Shown in pieces: positions 60,870-64,000 of a DNA stretch of 64,000 bases. Each line of letters starts with the position of its first letter. The first letter of the stretch is position 1. Location of the stretch: positions 76,266 to 140,265 of the forward strand of contig JBFFUI010000002.1 in NCBI GenBank assembly GCA_041571435.1. Reading direction: 5' to 3'. The notes beneath the pieces were generated by a model. It was given only the letters and a program-made list of their open reading frames with translations, was not told where the DNA came from and made no database searches. The stretch is from Sulfurimonadaceae bacterium (GTDB lineage Bacteria > Campylobacterota > Campylobacteria > Campylobacterales > Sulfurimonadaceae). The position numbers and the translations under genes are program-made.

Positions 60870-61511
60870 ATGCTAGTAGCCCCAAGTGTACTCTCTGCCG
60901 ATTTCGGAAACCTTGAACGTGACGTCAAAGCGATTTGTGAAGCCGGTTGCGATCTTGTCCATGTCGATGTCATGGACGGTCATTTTGTTCCCAACCTGAC
61001 AATAGGACCGGTTGTTGTCTCAGCCATCGCCAAAGCTGCGACCAAACCTCTGGACATTCACCTTATGGTTGAGAACAACACCTTCTTTGTCGATCTGTTT
61101 GCACCGTTTAAACCGGGTTACATCTCCTTTCATATCGAAGAGGAGAAAAACCCGCACCGTCTTGTCCAGTATATCCGTTCGCTTGGCATCAAACCCGCCA
61201 TCGTTTTGAACCCTCACACCCCTGCCGAAGCGATAGAGTACCTGTTGCCTGACCTTGACATGGTCTTGGTGATGAGTGTCAATCCGGGTTTTGGCGGCCA
61301 GTCATTTATCCCGACCGTAATCGAAAAGATCAAGCGTCTTAAAACACTGCGCGACAGGATCAATCCCGACTGTCTTATCGAAATTGACGGCGGTGTGACC
61401 GATCAGAATATCGAGCTGCTCAAAGAAGCCGGTGTCGATGTCTGTGTTGCCGGTTCTTATGTTTTTAAGCATACCTCATACGAAAAAGCCATAGCAAACC
61501 TGCATGTCTAA
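60870..61511 (+). CDS. rpe: Ribulose-phosphate 3-epimerase
   Basis: APSVLSADF, HVDVMDGHFVPN, MSVNPGFGGQ, DGG. Confidence 0.97.
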   Translation: MLVAPSVLSADFGNLERDVKAICEAGCDLVHVDVMDGHFVPNLTIGPVVVSAIAKAATKPLDIHLMVENNTFFVDLFAPFKPGYISFHIEEEKNPHRLVQYIRSLGIKPAIVLNPHTPAEAIEYLLPDLDMVLVMSVNPGFGGQSFIPTVIEKIKRLKTLRDRINPDCLIEIDGGVTDQNIELLKEAGVDVCVAGSYVFKHTSYEKAIANLHV

Positions 61512-61555
61512 CACAAAAAGATCTTGTCCGTGACCATGTTGCCGGCAATGGAGAG

Positions 61556-62158
61556 ATGATGTATAAAGTTAAAATCTGCGGTATCACAAACATAAAAGAT
61601 GCAATGACCGCTATAAAAGCCGGTGCCGATGCCCTCGGTTTTGTCTTTTACCCTTCGTCGCCCCGTTTCATTACACCACACGATGCGAAGCAGATCATTG
61701 TGCAGCTTCCGCCCTTTGTCGAGAAAGTCGGCCTCTTTGTCAATGAAGATGCTACTGCCATCAACCGCATGAGCGATGAGAGCGGCATCACTCTTGCACA
61801 GATCCATTTTGAAGCGCCTCAGGCGACCTTGGATGCACTCAATGTTGCCTACATTCAAGTTACAAGAGCTTCAAATGAAGATGATATCTCTGCGCTCGAC
61901 GGCCAATACCGTTTCGTCGATGCCTACTGTGAGGCCTACGGCGGTATGGGTAAGCGGCTCAACCTTGAGTGGTTCAAAGGCAAAGATAACAGTCACATTA
62001 TCCTCGCGGGCGGATTAAGCCCCGAAAATGTCCACGAGACTCTTCCCTACGGTTTTTACGGCGTTGATGTCAGTTCAAGTGTCGAGGCGGCCAAAGGGGT
62101 TAAAGACCCTGAGAAAGTCAAAGCCTTTATTGCAAACGCTAAAAAAGAGCTGCATTAA
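61556..62158 (+). CDS. trpF: Phosphoribosylanthranilate isomerase
   Basis: KVKICGIT, LAGGLSPENV, VDVSSSVE. Confidence 0.95.
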   Translation: MMYKVKICGITNIKDAMTAIKAGADALGFVFYPSSPRFITPHDAKQIIVQLPPFVEKVGLFVNEDATAINRMSDESGITLAQIHFEAPQATLDALNVAYIQVTRASNEDDISALDGQYRFVDAYCEAYGGMGKRLNLEWFKGKDNSHIILAGGLSPENVHETLPYGFYGVDVSSSVEAAKGVKDPEKVKAFIANAKKELH

Positions 62159-62976
62159 TGCGGCCTTTTGACCATAAAACCTCTCTTAAACTCGCCTCAA
62201 AAAAGGGAGCGGATATTACGGAGATCCGTCCCTTCATTGATGAAGCACTGGAGATCGAACTCCAGATGGCACCCGCGCAAGGTCTTGAGCTCGTTGTCAA
62301 GAACAATCGTTACTTCTACAAGACCAACACACAACCCATTGACACGACCAGTTTCTGTATTGTTGATATCGAGACTAACGGTTCTAAACCCGAAAAACAT
62401 CAGATCATCGAGATTGGTGCCGTTAAAGTGCAAGGCGGCGAGATCGTCGACCGATATGAAAGTCTGGTCCAGTGCAATGAGATCTCGAGACACATTACCG
62501 AACTTACCGGTATCCGCGTTGAAGATACCAAAAATGCACCACCGCTTCAACGCGTCCTCAATGAGTTTAAAAGCTTTATCGGGACGGATATCTTTGTCGC
62601 ACACGACGTAAAGTTCGATTACAGCTTTATCTCGGCAATGTATCAAAAATATAACATGTTGCCGATGCTCAACCGCTATCTCTGCAGCATCGATCTGGCT
62701 GAGCGGACTTTTTCGTCATACCGATACGGGCTGACCTATCTTAATGACACCCTTCAGCTTCACCATAGTGCAACACACCATCGCGCGCTCTCCGATGCGA
62801 TCACGACAGCAAAGCTCTTTATCATGTCCTTGGAGCTTGTTCCTGATACCGTGCAGACCGTTGAGGAGTTGATACAGTTCTCAAAACAGGGTAAACGCTT
62901 TAAACGCCCCAAGTTCGACCCCTTGCTGGATACTAAAAATGGCGATATGCCTGCATCATATACGGATGAGTCATAA
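62158..62976 (+). CDS. DEDDh 3'-5' exonuclease (DNA polymerase III epsilon-like)
   Basis: DIETNG, AHDVKFD, HRALSDA. Confidence 0.9.
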   Translation: MRPFDHKTSLKLASKKGADITEIRPFIDEALEIELQMAPAQGLELVVKNNRYFYKTNTQPIDTTSFCIVDIETNGSKPEKHQIIEIGAVKVQGGEIVDRYESLVQCNEISRHITELTGIRVEDTKNAPPLQRVLNEFKSFIGTDIFVAHDVKFDYSFISAMYQKYNMLPMLNRYLCSIDLAERTFSSYRYGLTYLNDTLQLHHSATHHRALSDAITTAKLFIMSLELVPDTVQTVEELIQFSKQGKRFKRPKFDPLLDTKNGDMPASYTDES

Positions 62977-63093
62977 AGAGAGAGCATGCAAAGACTTGCT
63001 CTAACAATATCATTTTGTTAAATAAAGGGATGGTTGTCTAAAAGGTTTCGGGAGTACGGATGCCGTCACAGGAATGCAACGACAGAGATTATT

Positions 63094-64000
63094 CTATTCG
63101 GCAAACGCGCCTATGCCGGTCAGGCGGTTGTATCGTTTATCCATACGCTCTTGCGTACTGAGTGCGCCAAGCTCATTGACACACTTCAAGAAGTAGTCGC
63201 CGATCGCATCAGCCGCTCCCTCTTTATTACGGTGAGCCCCAATAAGCGGTTCATCGATAATATCATCGATCAGGTCAAGACCCTTAAGGTCAGCACTCGT
63301 GATCTTCAGCGCTTTTGTTGCTGCCTCGACTTTTGAAGGGTCGTTCCAGAGAATTGCCGAACAACCTTCAGGCGAGATAACAGAGAAGACCGAGTAGCGC
63401 ATCATCGCCAGTTTGTCCGCGACACCGATAGCGAGCGCACCGCCTGAACCACCTTCACCGATGACAACAGAGACGGTAATCGTGTCAAGTTTAGCAAGCT
63501 CAAGCAAGTTACGTGCAATCGCCTCCGACTGGTTGCGCTCTTCGGCACCAAGACCAGGGTAGGCACCCGGGGTGTCGATCAGCATCAGCAGTGGAAGGTT
63601 GAATTTTTCAGCAAGTTTGGCCACACGAAGTGCTTTGCGGTAACCCTCGGGATTCGGCATACCGAAGTTTCGTTTGAGCTTGTTTTTGGTACCTCGCCCT
63701 TTCTGTTCGCCGATCACGACAGTACGTTGACCGCCGATGTAGCCCATGTAACAAACGATCGCTGCGTCATCTGCAAAATGGCGGTCACCGTGAAGTTCAA
63801 CTTTGTCTGTCATCAAAAGATTGATGTAGTCAAGAGCGTAAGGGCGGTCAGCATGACGGGCAAGCTGCAGTTCTTGATAAGGAGAGAGGTTTTTGTAGGT
63901 CTTAGCTACCTCTTTGTCAAGATCAGCCTGAAGGATCTCTGCAGCATGTTTGTCATGACGGACTTCTGCTGAAATGATATCTTCTTGGATCTGTTTGATC
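63094..64000 (-). CDS. accA: Acetyl-CoA carboxylase carboxyltransferase alpha, 5' end beyond the window
   Basis: [37 protein letters not shown]. Confidence 0.96.
   Translation of the reverse strand, partial: IKQIQEDIISAEVRHDKHAAEILQADLDKEVAKTYKNLSPYQELQLARHADRPYALDYINLLMTDKVELHGDRHFADDAAIVCYMGYIGGQRTVVIGEQKGRGTKNKLKRNFGMPNPEGYRKALRVAKLAEKFNLPLLMLIDTPGAYPGLGAEERNQSEAIARNLLELAKLDTITVSVVIGEGGSGGALAIGVADKLAMMRYSVFSVISPEGCSAILWNDPSKVEAATKALKITSADLKGLDLIDDIIDEPLIGAHRNKEGAADAIGDYFLKCVNELGALSTQERMDKRYNRLTGIGAFAE

Overview
Chromosomal window from a Campylobacterota (Sulfurimonas/Sulfurovum-like) bacterium, inferred from gene order (HP0268-like/miaB/lpxJ; nif3-Zn ribbon-waaA-rluA-ffh-rpsP-rimM-trmD-rplS), mqnP and tRNA-Arg(GCG). 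The housekeeping backbone includes lon, bamD, recG, rimO, tilS, nusA, miaA, smpB, ppk1, argJ, rpe, trpF and accA. Accessory blocks: (i) an MSHA-like minor pilin cluster with a 1223-aa adhesin; (ii) pilMNO-like genes behind a Xer-type recombinase; (iii) an arsR-arsC-arsP operon extended with thioredoxins and CcdA; (iv) two tandem hybrid histidine-kinase homologs that appear to have lost their phosphorelay residues. The most interesting block (46.5-54.6 kb) has two tandem Cyc2-like cytochrome-porin fusions, a divergent monoheme cytochrome c, a Tat-exported ferritin-like protein, a surface protein with a C-terminal sorting tail, an exosortase and a LuxR-type regulator. A TCACC-N6-GGTGA-like palindrome recurs upstream of three of its transcription units. 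No CRISPR array, rRNA or transposase was seen. All family calls come from motif recognition by eye, not database searches.
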